This document shows positions 8,226 to 14,966 of a stretch of 40,433 bases of DNA, one piece after another (position 1 is the first letter of the stretch; each line of letters starts with the position of its first letter). Below the pieces are notes generated by a model, which ran no database searches, was not told the DNA's origin, and saw nothing but the letters and a program-made list of their open reading frames with translations. The stretch lies in IMG/VR virus record IMGVR_UViG_3300030361_000020, one strand, 5' to 3'. The DNA is from a virus. The translations under genes were made by a program, and so were the position numbers.

Positions 8226-8873
8226 TTATACCCATCCATAATCAATAATTGCTTGGTTTACTAAGTTTAAATCGTTCTCAATCTTTTCAGATTCGAACAT
8301 GTCTTCTGGAGTTTTTACGCAGTCCATACCGCTGCACTTTGTTGTGAAATAGTGGTGTCCGTCCTGACAATGGCATCGCAAAACGATACTAAACAATCCC
8401 TCAAGTACAACCTTCTCACGAATCATTTTACCCGTTGTTTTCGCTTTAATTTCCCCTTGCTCATTTGTTTCTGTATGGAACATAAAGTAAATAATCGTTC
8501 CGCACTCAAGGCTTGCAGCAAAGTCAACGAGATCAATAAATGACTTTGCCATGTCCGTGAACTTCTTGAATCCAGTCTCGTTAGAGCGGCGTAGTTCTTC
8601 ATTAAGCATGATGTACTGAGCATCGTCGATCACTACGTATTTTTTACCAACCTTACTGGCAGCTCCTATCACCTTCTTAATTGCGTTGTAATCATCGGTG
8701 CGAACTATTGAGCCAGTCTTTGACTCATTATCCCACTTCGACCAGTCGCTAGACTTAAAAGGCAATGGCTTTGCTTTTGGCTGAACAAGAAAGCAATCAC
8801 TTGCATTTAGGTTTTTTAGGGATCTGGTTTTGCCAGTGCCACTGTCACCAATAACCATTACTGGAACACTCAT
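8226..8873 (-). CDS. P-loop ATPase, Sak4/AAA_24-like recombination protein
   Basis: Walker A MVIGDSGTGKT at the N-terminus and a Walker B-like YVVIDDA. Size is about 215 aa. It is adjacent to the SSB-like gene. Confidence 0.55.
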   Translation of the reverse strand: MSVPVMVIGDSGTGKTRSLKNLNASDCFLVQPKAKPLPFKSSDWSKWDNESKTGSIVRTDDYNAIKKVIGAASKVGKKYVVIDDAQYIMLNEELRRSNETGFKKFTDMAKSFIDLVDFAASLECGTIIYFMFHTETNEQGEIKAKTTGKMIREKVVLEGLFSIVLRCHCQDGHHYFTTKCSGMDCVKTPEDMFESEKIENDLNLVNQAIIDYGWV

Positions 8874-8884
8874 TACTAACCCCG

Positions 8885-9028
8885 TTACTTTTTGTTTTTC
8901 TTTTTATATTCAGAATCTACCGCTTTCTTAAATAACTCTTCGGCGTAGTTCTGCTTTAGCTTTCCGCCTTTTATAGACATAAGCTTTTTGTTTGTATCTT
9001 CAGAAATTGGAAAACGTATTGTTGCCAT
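8885..9028 (-). CDS. Ribbon-helix-helix (Arc/CopG-like) small regulator; 47 aa, not in track
   Basis: ATG 9028 is preceded by GAAGGAGG with a 4-nt spacer. The product is MATIRFPISEDTNKKLMSIKGGKLKQNYAEELFKKAVDSEYKKKNKK, with a beta-strand then helices. It is the first gene of the minus operon, next to the divergent promoters. Confidence 0.55.
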   Translation of the reverse strand: MATIRFPISEDTNKKLMSIKGGKLKQNYAEELFKKAVDSEYKKKNKK

Positions 9029-9055
9029 AAAACCTCCTTCGCTTTCGATGAGTTA

Positions 9056-9084
9056 AATTTAATACCTAATGAGAAATAAATCAA
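9056..9084 (-). promoter_or_regulatory. Candidate sigma70-type promoter for the minus-strand recombination operon
   Basis: On the minus strand, TTGATT-N17-TAAATT. The -10 overlaps a perfect 10-bp palindrome, TTAAATTTAA (9053-9062). Confidence 0.4.
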
Positions 9085-9108
9085 CCATTTTTTTGGATTA
9101 TTTTTTGG

Positions 9109-9137
9109 TTGACATACCCCTATCTTTATACAACAAT
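9109..9137 (+). promoter_or_regulatory. Candidate early rightward promoter
   Basis: TTGACA-N17-AACAAT, preceded by two T-tracts (TTTTTTGGAT and TTTTTTGGTT) acting like an UP element. It lies 23 nt upstream of ATG 9160. Confidence 0.5.
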
Positions 9138-9159
9138 TAATCACAACTAAGGGGTGAAT

Positions 9160-9336
9160 ATGATCAAGCAAAAGCCACAGCCATTAAAACTAAGATACAG
9201 AGACGATAATCACATGAAGGAAATTATCCAAACGCTTTCAAAGTCAAACAAGGTTACAAACATCAAAGTTACAGATGGTTACGTAACTTACGACCAATTA
9301 ACTTTTGTTGAGGATAAAGAATATGAGCAAGAGTGA
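9160..9336 (+). CDS. Hypothetical protein
   Basis: ATG 9160 follows AAGGGG (track start 9154 is GTG). First gene of the rightward block. Confidence 0.6.
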   Translation: MIKQKPQPLKLRYRDDNHMKEIIQTLSKSNKVTNIKVTDGYVTYDQLTFVEDKEYEQE

Positions 9337-9538
9337 CTCAGAGATAGCGCTCGGTATAGTTGCAAAGCGTTTTAATATCCTTCCTCCATTAACTGAAAAA
9401 GATGTAATGGATAAGATTGATGAGATAGAAAAGAGAGCAATCAAAAACCTTCCAGCAAAGACTAGAAGAGAGATTGACGGAATGAGTCAAGAAGAGATTA
9501 TGGAGAAGTTCTATAGCCGAGGTGACAAGCTTGACTAA
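9323..9538 (+). CDS. Hypothetical protein
   Basis: ATG 9323 is preceded by GAGGA (track start 9305 is TTG). Confidence 0.6.
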   Translation: MSKSDSEIALGIVAKRFNILPPLTEKDVMDKIDEIEKRAIKNLPAKTRREIDGMSQEEIMEKFYSRGDKLD

Positions 9539-9552
9539 GCAAGGGTTAAAAT

Positions 9553-9714
9553 ATGATTAACGAAAAGAAATTCCTAGAGCAAATAGGGTTTGCACTATCA
9601 ATGCTAGATAGCGGCGATCCAGAATACAAGCTATGCGCTTTAGACTTAATAGAGAAAGAAGTTGAAGCGCAAAAGCAGATTATCAAAGAGAAAATGGAGA
9701 TGGAAAAGCAATGA
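9553..9714 (+). CDS. Hypothetical protein; 53 aa, not in track
   Basis: ATG 9553 follows AAGGG. The stop overlaps the next start (ATGA at 9711-9714). Confidence 0.5.
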   Translation: MINEKKFLEQIGFALSMLDSGDPEYKLCALDLIEKEVEAQKQIIKEKMEMEKQ

Positions 9715-10115
9715 ATTACGAAATAGCAACAAATTATATGCTAAATGCGCGATTGGCAGAATTGATTGGAATGAAAGTTGCCGATGTTGATGATGCGCCT
9801 TTTAATTTCTCATTTGATAATGTAACTCCACTAGAAAGATACAATAATTATAGGGAAAGATACCCCGATACAGTTTGGTGCTTAAAGGATGGAGAGCCAT
9901 GGGAACAATATGTTTTTACGTCAGATTGGAATCAAACAATGCCATTAGCGGTTGAACACAAAATTTATCACCAAGAGTGCAATGGGTTGTGGGATTGTGG
10001 TTACTCGTCTGGCGGTGGAATGTTTGCAACTCAAACGCATTATGTTGCTAGCGACAAAAATCCATTACGCGCAATCGTAATATGTCTAATTAAGGTACTG
10101 GAGAGCAAGAAGTGA
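9711..10115 (+). CDS. Hypothetical protein (possibly a phage ABA-sandwich/DUF2591-like domain)
   Basis: 134-aa ORF. The N-terminal LNARLAELIGMKV resembles the start of DUF2591-type phage proteins. Weak recollection only. Confidence 0.6.
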   Translation: MNYEIATNYMLNARLAELIGMKVADVDDAPFNFSFDNVTPLERYNNYRERYPDTVWCLKDGEPWEQYVFTSDWNQTMPLAVEHKIYHQECNGLWDCGYSSGGGMFATQTHYVASDKNPLRAIVICLIKVLESKK

Positions 10116-10633
10116 AAAGGCCAAACTTAATTACATCCGAACGCATACCGATGTCGATCCCAAAGAAAAAGCGCGCTCAGCTTATCCGAATCCAGCAGGA
10201 AAAAGCAAGAAAGCAGCTCAAGCATTTTTATCTGACTTGGGAGCCGCAAACCATGAAGTTTGTGACGCCATACAATGCCAGCGCGCAAAAGTGCGCAATG
10301 ACTCAAGGATTTGCTGACGTGCTAAAGCGACTTGAGGTTAACTGGAGAATTCACTGCTACATTTTGGCAAGAGAGAAAAACGGAAAGAATCGCCTTGAAT
10401 GCCAGACTATCGACATCGACACGCCTTGCAAGCATGACGATATATCACAACTAGCAGCTGATATTCACTGGAACATGATCGAAGAGTTTAGAAAAAGTAA
10501 CCGCGCTGACAACTTCGTTACCGCGGCGTGGATCGCAAACATGAAAGATGATGTGCCAGAGGATTTGGCTTATAAGATATTCGAAGATTGCGGAGCTTGG
10601 GAAATAAACGCAGATTGGGAGGAAGATCAATGA
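10112..10633 (+). CDS. Hypothetical protein
   Basis: GTG start overlaps the previous stop (GTGA). ATG 10151 is an alternative start. Confidence 0.6.
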   Translation: MKRPNLITSERIPMSIPKKKRAQLIRIQQEKARKQLKHFYLTWEPQTMKFVTPYNASAQKCAMTQGFADVLKRLEVNWRIHCYILAREKNGKNRLECQTIDIDTPCKHDDISQLAADIHWNMIEEFRKSNRADNFVTAAWIANMKDDVPEDLAYKIFEDCGAWEINADWEEDQ

Positions 10634-10656
10634 AATAATTTATCATAAAAAACATT

Positions 10657-10893
10657 GTGCAGCATTTGGTTTCTTTAGGTCTTGATGAAAACAATGCTGA
10701 GTGGTGCGCTATGCAAGGTTGGAATTATTACCAGAAGCAAATTAGTAACAGTCGCGACCCTTTTAAAGACGCTTGCGATTACGCAGCACTTAGAGCGTTA
10801 GAAAGAAGCTTGTCATTTAATTACAAGCCACCAAAAGCAAAGTCAAGACCTAGGACGAAAAAACCACAAGAAGCATTTAACTTTGGAGGTTAA
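10657..10893 (+). CDS. Hypothetical protein
   Basis: 78-aa ORF with a GTG start, closely packed with its neighbours. Confidence 0.5.
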   Translation: MQHLVSLGLDENNAEWCAMQGWNYYQKQISNSRDPFKDACDYAALRALERSLSFNYKPPKAKSRPRTKKPQEAFNFGG

Positions 10894-10895
10894 AG

Positions 10896-11483
10896 TTGTC
10901 GAACAGTAGAAGAAAGTGCGCTCAATGCAAAAAGTTCTTTCCTGCCGATAGCGGTCTAATTCGTGGGCCGCAATTCTTCTGCACTAACGAACACTTAATC
11001 GAATACGCATCAAAGAACGCGAAGAAGCTAGCAGAAAAAGGTCGGGAAATCAAAGCTAAGTCTGAACGCAAAGAGCTAAAAGAACGCAAGGATAAACTAA
11101 AGTCTCGATCTCAATGGCTTGCAGATGCTCAGCGATGGTTTAATAAATTCATTCGCTTGAGGGATGCGGGAGAGCCATGTATTAGCTGCGGAAGGAATAC
11201 AGGCGCAAAGATGAATGCAGGACATTATCGAAGCGTAGGGAGCTGTCCTGAGCTTAGGTTTGAAGAATTAAACTGCCACCTTCAGTGTGAGCATTGTAAT
11301 TCATACAAATCAGGAAACATCGAGCATTACAGGCCATCACTAATTAGAAAGATTGGCGAGTCTAAAGTTGAATGGATAGAAGGTCCGCATAAACCAAAGA
11401 AGTACACAATTGACGATATAAAGGAAATAATCTCAAAGTACAAATTGAGGTGCAAAGAAATGGAGAAAAGCAATGGGAACTAA
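10896..11483 (+). CDS. ninG: NinG/Rap-type structure-specific (recombination) endonuclease
   Basis: TTG start is 6 nt after GGAGG. It has the N-terminal Cys pair RRKCAQCKKFF, a basic coiled linker, then CISCG...AGHYRS...PELRFEELNCHLQCEHCNSYKSGN, which matches the lambda NinG pattern. Confidence 0.8.
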   Translation: MSNSRRKCAQCKKFFPADSGLIRGPQFFCTNEHLIEYASKNAKKLAEKGREIKAKSERKELKERKDKLKSRSQWLADAQRWFNKFIRLRDAGEPCISCGRNTGAKMNAGHYRSVGSCPELRFEELNCHLQCEHCNSYKSGNIEHYRPSLIRKIGESKVEWIEGPHKPKKYTIDDIKEIISKYKLRCKEMEKSNGN

Positions 11484-11793
11484 AAAATTCGATCACATAA
11501 AGCTATCAGAACAACTAAACCAACTAAAGCACACGCACACAATGAAGGAGGCTGGAAAGCTTCTAGGTCTAACTAGAGGACAGGTTTCATACATATGCAC
11601 ATCAAACGGAATTAGCTTCAGGCCAGAAGGAAAACCAAACTGGAACCAAATTCTTGAGGAGTCCGACATTCCTATTATCAGACAGCTTATTGCAGAGGGG
11701 TTTAAGACAAAGGTTATTGCAAGCAAGTTTGATTGCACTACAGACCTAATCAGAAGTATAAAATCAGGAAGGGCTTGGGGTCATGTTCAGTGA
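11473..11793 (+). CDS. DNA-binding protein with two HTH-type segments
   Basis: HTMKEAGKLLGLTRGQVSYIC and KVIASKFDCTTDLIRSIKSGRAWGHV both fit the HTH pattern (the second ends in the typical W-x-H-V). Confidence 0.6.
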   Translation: MGTKKFDHIKLSEQLNQLKHTHTMKEAGKLLGLTRGQVSYICTSNGISFRPEGKPNWNQILEESDIPIIRQLIAEGFKTKVIASKFDCTTDLIRSIKSGRAWGHVQ

Positions 11794-11998
11794 TGATGCA
11801 TACAACGCTCTGAACGCAGTCGCAAGACAGTGCAATAAAGAGCTAAAGCAATGTGAGAAAAACGACATATCCGGCAAGAAGTCTGTAACCGAAAAGTGGC
11901 ATCAAAAGATAGCTGGACTCGGATTTACGAAAACCGACTTACTTCACGAGGTCGGATGTATAAACGGGATACTCACAAACAGACGTAACATGTATTAG
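11783..11998 (+). CDS. Hypothetical protein
   Basis: 71-aa ORF overlapping the previous gene by 11 nt and followed by a terminator. Confidence 0.55.
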   Translation: MFSDDAYNALNAVARQCNKELKQCEKNDISGKKSVTEKWHQKIAGLGFTKTDLLHEVGCINGILTNRRNMY

Positions 11999-12019
11999 GG
12001 CGCTTTGGCGCTCTTTTTT
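11998..12019 (+). terminator. Intrinsic terminator
   Basis: GGGCGC-tttg-GCGCTC (one G-U pair) followed by T6. Confidence 0.7.
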
Positions 12020-12118
12020 ATTTCCTATCAATTGTTAATTATTAATAGGCACAAACGATTATCTTTAGTCAATAAATAGCTAGATAATAAACGCATCGAA
12101 AGAGCAGGAGATAAATCG

Positions 12119-12334
12119 ATGATTTATGAAGATAAAATTAAGGTAAGAAAAAATGATTTAAACAATTCACTAGAGACAACTCTTACCGGTCAAAGTGGTT
12201 ATTCTGAAGATATTGGCGCATTTATGTTGAATGACGATCTAATGGTAATTTGCACTGGAGATGATGGACCTAACTACATGACAAAACAACAGGCTATGGA
12301 AATGTTCAATTTGATGGAGAAACCCGGTGTTTGA
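12119..12334 (+). CDS. Hypothetical protein
   Basis: ATG is preceded by AGCAGGAGA. 71 aa. Confidence 0.6.
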   Translation: MIYEDKIKVRKNDLNNSLETTLTGQSGYSEDIGAFMLNDDLMVICTGDDGPNYMTKQQAMEMFNLMEKPGV

Positions 12335-12476
12335 AGCGGAAATCGTAAACGGAAAGCCAGTGGTTCTTCACCTTGGCGAGTTAATAGAAAAAGGATTTAA
12401 CTACTTAGCCGAAGCGCAAGAGCGAGCGGATGAGTTAAACGAGGAGAATGGATATGAACCTGCTAGCAACGAATAA
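12327..12476 (+). CDS. Possible small ORF; 49 aa, GTG start, not in track
   Basis: GTG 12327 lies 6 nt after GGAGA and fills the gap between genes. It overlaps the next gene by 23 nt, so it is weak. Confidence 0.3.
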   Translation: MFEAEIVNGKPVVLHLGELIEKGFNYLAEAQERADELNEENGYEPASNE

Positions 12477-13101
12477 CCAACCGTTAACAATGAGCAGTCG
12501 CGAGATTGCGAAAGTGGTTAACTCTCGTCACTCAGATGTTTGCACATCAATTCAAAGGTTGATGGCAAAAGATGTGATTTCTGAGTACACGGCAGTGCCG
12601 TACACCCATGAACAAAATAAGCAGACATACTACGAGTATTTTGTTTGCCAGCGTGATAGTTACATCATCGTTGCTCAATTATCACCAGAGTTCACAGCCG
12701 CGCTTGTTGATAGATGGCAAGAGCTTGAAAAAAACCAAGCTCCGCAAATACCACAAACCTACGCTGAGGCGCTACAGCTAGCAGCAGACCAAGCCAAGCA
12801 GCTTGAACTAGCAGCGCCAAAAGTCGCCTTTGTGGATAACTTGGTTGATAGATCTGCTTTAATGAACGCCTCACAAGTGGCTCAGAAGCATAAAAAATCT
12901 GCGGTTTGGCTTAACAAGATACTTGATGAGCTAAAGGTGTATAACAAAGCAGTTAAGCGTGGACGAGTGTTTCAGCAATGGTTTATCGATAAAGGTCTTG
13001 GTGAAATGAAGCAAACTGACCTTGGATACTCACAAGCAATGTTCACTAACGCTGGTGAGGTTTGGATTAACGAAAAACTGTATAGCGAAGGGTTGGTATG
13101 A
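12454..13101 (+). CDS. Antirepressor-type protein: Rha N-terminal domain plus KilAC/ANT C-terminal domain
   Basis: The second ATG (12454) has GAGGAG 7 nt upstream. MSSREIAKVVNSRHSDVCTSIQRLM matches the Rha domain start. YAEALQLAADQAKQLE..APKVAFVDNLVDRSALMNASQVAQ matches the KilAC/ANT pattern. Confidence 0.7.
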   Translation: MNLLATNNQPLTMSSREIAKVVNSRHSDVCTSIQRLMAKDVISEYTAVPYTHEQNKQTYYEYFVCQRDSYIIVAQLSPEFTAALVDRWQELEKNQAPQIPQTYAEALQLAADQAKQLELAAPKVAFVDNLVDRSALMNASQVAQKHKKSAVWLNKILDELKVYNKAVKRGRVFQQWFIDKGLGEMKQTDLGYSQAMFTNAGEVWINEKLYSEGLV

Positions 13102-13460
13102 ACAGCTTAGAAAAGATAGCAAAACGAATTTCTGAAATTAGCGACGAGATATCGCAATTGAAATCACAACGAGAGACTAACCTTGAAAAATGCCACGGCT
13201 CTGAAGATGATGATTTTCAAGAGGACTGGATGAAAAGGATTGAGTCCGGTGAATTTCAGTTAACAAATTGCCTAAAGGCTTGTTATTTGGAGGTTAAGGT
13301 TAGCGGTGGTGTTAATGGGTTTGATTTTGATGAGGCTATTCATATGTACGGATGTAAAAACTGCATTGGGGCGTATGAAGCAAAGAGCAAGATCGGACTA
13401 CTAAAACAAGAGCGCGGGCGGCTAGTTGGAAATATAACAAAAATTGGACGGAAGATTTAA
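13098..13460 (+). CDS. Hypothetical protein
   Basis: ATGA overlap with the previous gene. 120 aa with a coiled N-terminus. Confidence 0.6.
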   Translation: MNSLEKIAKRISEISDEISQLKSQRETNLEKCHGSEDDDFQEDWMKRIESGEFQLTNCLKACYLEVKVSGGVNGFDFDEAIHMYGCKNCIGAYEAKSKIGLLKQERGRLVGNITKIGRKI

Positions 13461-13462
13461 CA

Positions 13463-13609
13463 ATGAAACTATCACCAACAACAAAAGCAAAGAACCAGCG
13501 CCGCCAAATGTTCCACCAGCAGCGCAAGAAGTGCCGCAAGTGCAAAGAGTGTAGCTGCAAAGACTTCAAGAAAGAGCTGCAAATCGCAATATCAATCTAT
13601 CAGGAGTAA
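13463..13609 (+). CDS. Basic Cys-rich micro-protein; 48 aa, not in track
   Basis: ATG lies 2 nt after the previous stop. The product is MKLSPTTKAKNQRRQMFHQQRKKCRKCKECSCKDFKKELQIAISIYQE. The stop is 2 nt before the next GTG start. The antisense track ORF 13336..13569 is its shadow. Confidence 0.5.
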   Translation: MKLSPTTKAKNQRRQMFHQQRKKCRKCKECSCKDFKKELQIAISIYQE

Positions 13610-13611
13610 TT

Positions 13612-13794
13612 GTGAAAAACACAGAATTTAAACACGTTATCAACAAGAAATCACCAGAGCTACGACGAATCAGGACTAGCATAGAGAAGTTCGGCTACTA
13701 CTGGGTTAATCAATCCCAAAAGCGAAAAGTAACCGGGTGGGAGGTTAAAGGTGATGATGTAATTTTAACTGGCGTTATTGTTTCGCCATTGTAG
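13612..13794 (+). CDS. Hypothetical protein
   Basis: GTG start is preceded by CAGGAG. 60 aa. Confidence 0.5.
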   Translation: MKNTEFKHVINKKSPELRRIRTSIEKFGYYWVNQSQKRKVTGWEVKGDDVILTGVIVSPL

Positions 13795-13804
13795 GAGAAT
13801 AAAA

Positions 13805-14185
13805 ATGCATTTAAATGGAGAAGTAATTTCAGAAGAGCAAGCCAAACGAGAGTTTAAACTTCGCGCAGACGCTATCAACTCAGAGCAATACAAAGAGCTT
13901 GCTAGCTGGCTGTTTAAGCACCGCAACAGCTCACTTAAAATCGGCGTCATCATGTCGAAAATGGACAAAGGAAAAAAGCAGGTGATTGCCATGATCGCCT
14001 ACCTCAGAAAGAAAGGCTTTGATATTGAAAACAAGGCCAACTGCAACGCCGGAGAGTCAGCAAACTATCGCATGATTGGTTTTACTAAGGATTCAATGTC
14101 ATTCATTAGTGCAAACGGCAAAGGCAGAAAGCGACCTTTTGAATACCCAAAACTAAACCCACTGATTGAAAGCGTTTTTCGATAA
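13805..14185 (+). CDS. Hypothetical protein
   Basis: ATG 13805 is preceded by TAGGAGA (track start 13778 overlaps the previous gene). Confidence 0.6.
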   Translation: MHLNGEVISEEQAKREFKLRADAINSEQYKELASWLFKHRNSSLKIGVIMSKMDKGKKQVIAMIAYLRKKGFDIENKANCNAGESANYRMIGFTKDSMSFISANGKGRKRPFEYPKLNPLIESVFR

Positions 14186-14200
14186 CAAGGAGATACAGCA

Positions 14201-14554
14201 ATGATTGAGACATTTTTAATAATGACATCCATTCACTTGGATAACAGCTACGACTACAACGAGACTAACCCGGGCATTATTATCGGTTACGAGCAGGTTT
14301 ATGCAGGTTGCTACAGAAACTCATTTGATAAAACCTCATGTCTACTAGGGTATGGGGTTGAGCTAGAGTTGACTGAAAAGTTATCCGTAGGCGCTTTAGC
14401 TGGTGGTATTACTGGCTATGAATACAAATGGACAAAGGAAGGCGTAACAGCCTTCGTAACGCCATACGTGAGCTATGAGTACATGAAAGGTCATAAGCCA
14501 ACCGCAGCTCTAGCTGACAACGCAATTGCGTTTGGATATAGGATTGAGTTTTAA
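14201..14554 (+). CDS. Beta-rich protein resembling small outer-membrane barrel proteins but lacking a signal peptide
   Basis: AAGGAGA lies upstream of the ATG. Alternating hydrophobic/aromatic strands are present, along with YNETNPG and a C-terminal AFGYRIEF (an OMP-type terminal Phe signature). An in-frame TAA 15 nt upstream excludes a longer N-terminus. Confidence 0.5.
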   Translation: MIETFLIMTSIHLDNSYDYNETNPGIIIGYEQVYAGCYRNSFDKTSCLLGYGVELELTEKLSVGALAGGITGYEYKWTKEGVTAFVTPYVSYEYMKGHKPTAALADNAIAFGYRIEF

Positions 14555-14571
14555 TTAACGAAATAGAAACT

Positions 14572-14595
14572 GGCGCATTAATTTGCGTCTTTTTT
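14572..14595 (+). terminator. Intrinsic terminator
   Basis: GGCGCA-ttaatt-TGCGTC (one G-U pair) followed by T6. Confidence 0.7.
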
Positions 14596-14598
14596 ATG

Positions 14599-14626
14599 TT
14601 GAAATAAAATCACTTTAATATATAAT
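14599..14626 (+). promoter_or_regulatory. Candidate promoter
   Basis: TTGAAA-N16-TATAAT immediately after the terminator T-run. It lies 31 nt upstream of ATG 14658. Confidence 0.6.
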
Positions 14627-14657
14627 GATAATCAAACAAATAAAGGAGACATTCATA

Positions 14658-14915
14658 ATGATGCTAAACAAAATGGCAGAGTGGCGAGAGAGCTCTTTGC
14701 ATGATGCAGCAAAAAAAGGAATTAGCATTGAGTTCAATGTTATTGCTGTTTATTCAAGCACCTATCGCAGCTTCTTTATATCGGCAGACATTGACGGTAA
14801 AGGTGGTATTTTTATTTCTAGCCAAAGGCAGGAAAAGAGGGGGTTTAAAACTCTCGATGCGGTTAAACGAGCACTTAACTCTGTAGGTATTCACCACTTT
14901 CAAGTTCTAGGATAA
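14658..14915 (+). CDS. Hypothetical protein (single-gene unit between a terminator-promoter cassette and a hairpin)
   Basis: ATG 14658 is 9 nt after AAGGAG. Track start 14625 would lie inside the -10 box. Confidence 0.6.
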   Translation: MMLNKMAEWRESSLHDAAKKGISIEFNVIAVYSSTYRSFFISADIDGKGGIFISSQRQEKRGFKTLDAVKRALNSVGIHHFQVLG

Positions 14916-14920
14916 AAAAA

Positions 14921-14939
14921 GCCTCGCGGCCAACGAGGC
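14921..14939 (+). other. GC-rich hairpin upstream of the replication initiator gene (weak terminator or structural element)
   Basis: GCCTCG-cggccaa-CGAGGC. It is preceded by A7 and has no good T-run after it. Confidence 0.4.
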
Positions 14940-14966
14940 AGTTTAATCTTATACCAAGGAAATTAT

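Noticed and set aside
8971-9171. 66-aa minus-strand ORF over the divergent control region
   Set aside because: It covers both candidate promoters and overlaps the SD-led 47-aa RHH gene in another frame. It has no SD.
14398-14405. E. coli Chi octamer GCTGGTGG
   Set aside because: It is a single occurrence inside a coding region, the host is unknown, and it is compatible with chance.
14701-14886. Same-strand overlapping track ORFs such as 14701..14886, 16434..16667, 28361..28543 and 29838..30029
   Set aside because: Each is fully nested in another frame of a better-supported gene (a hypothetical gene with SD, dnaB, the gp49-family gene, the methyltransferase) and lacks its own start signals.
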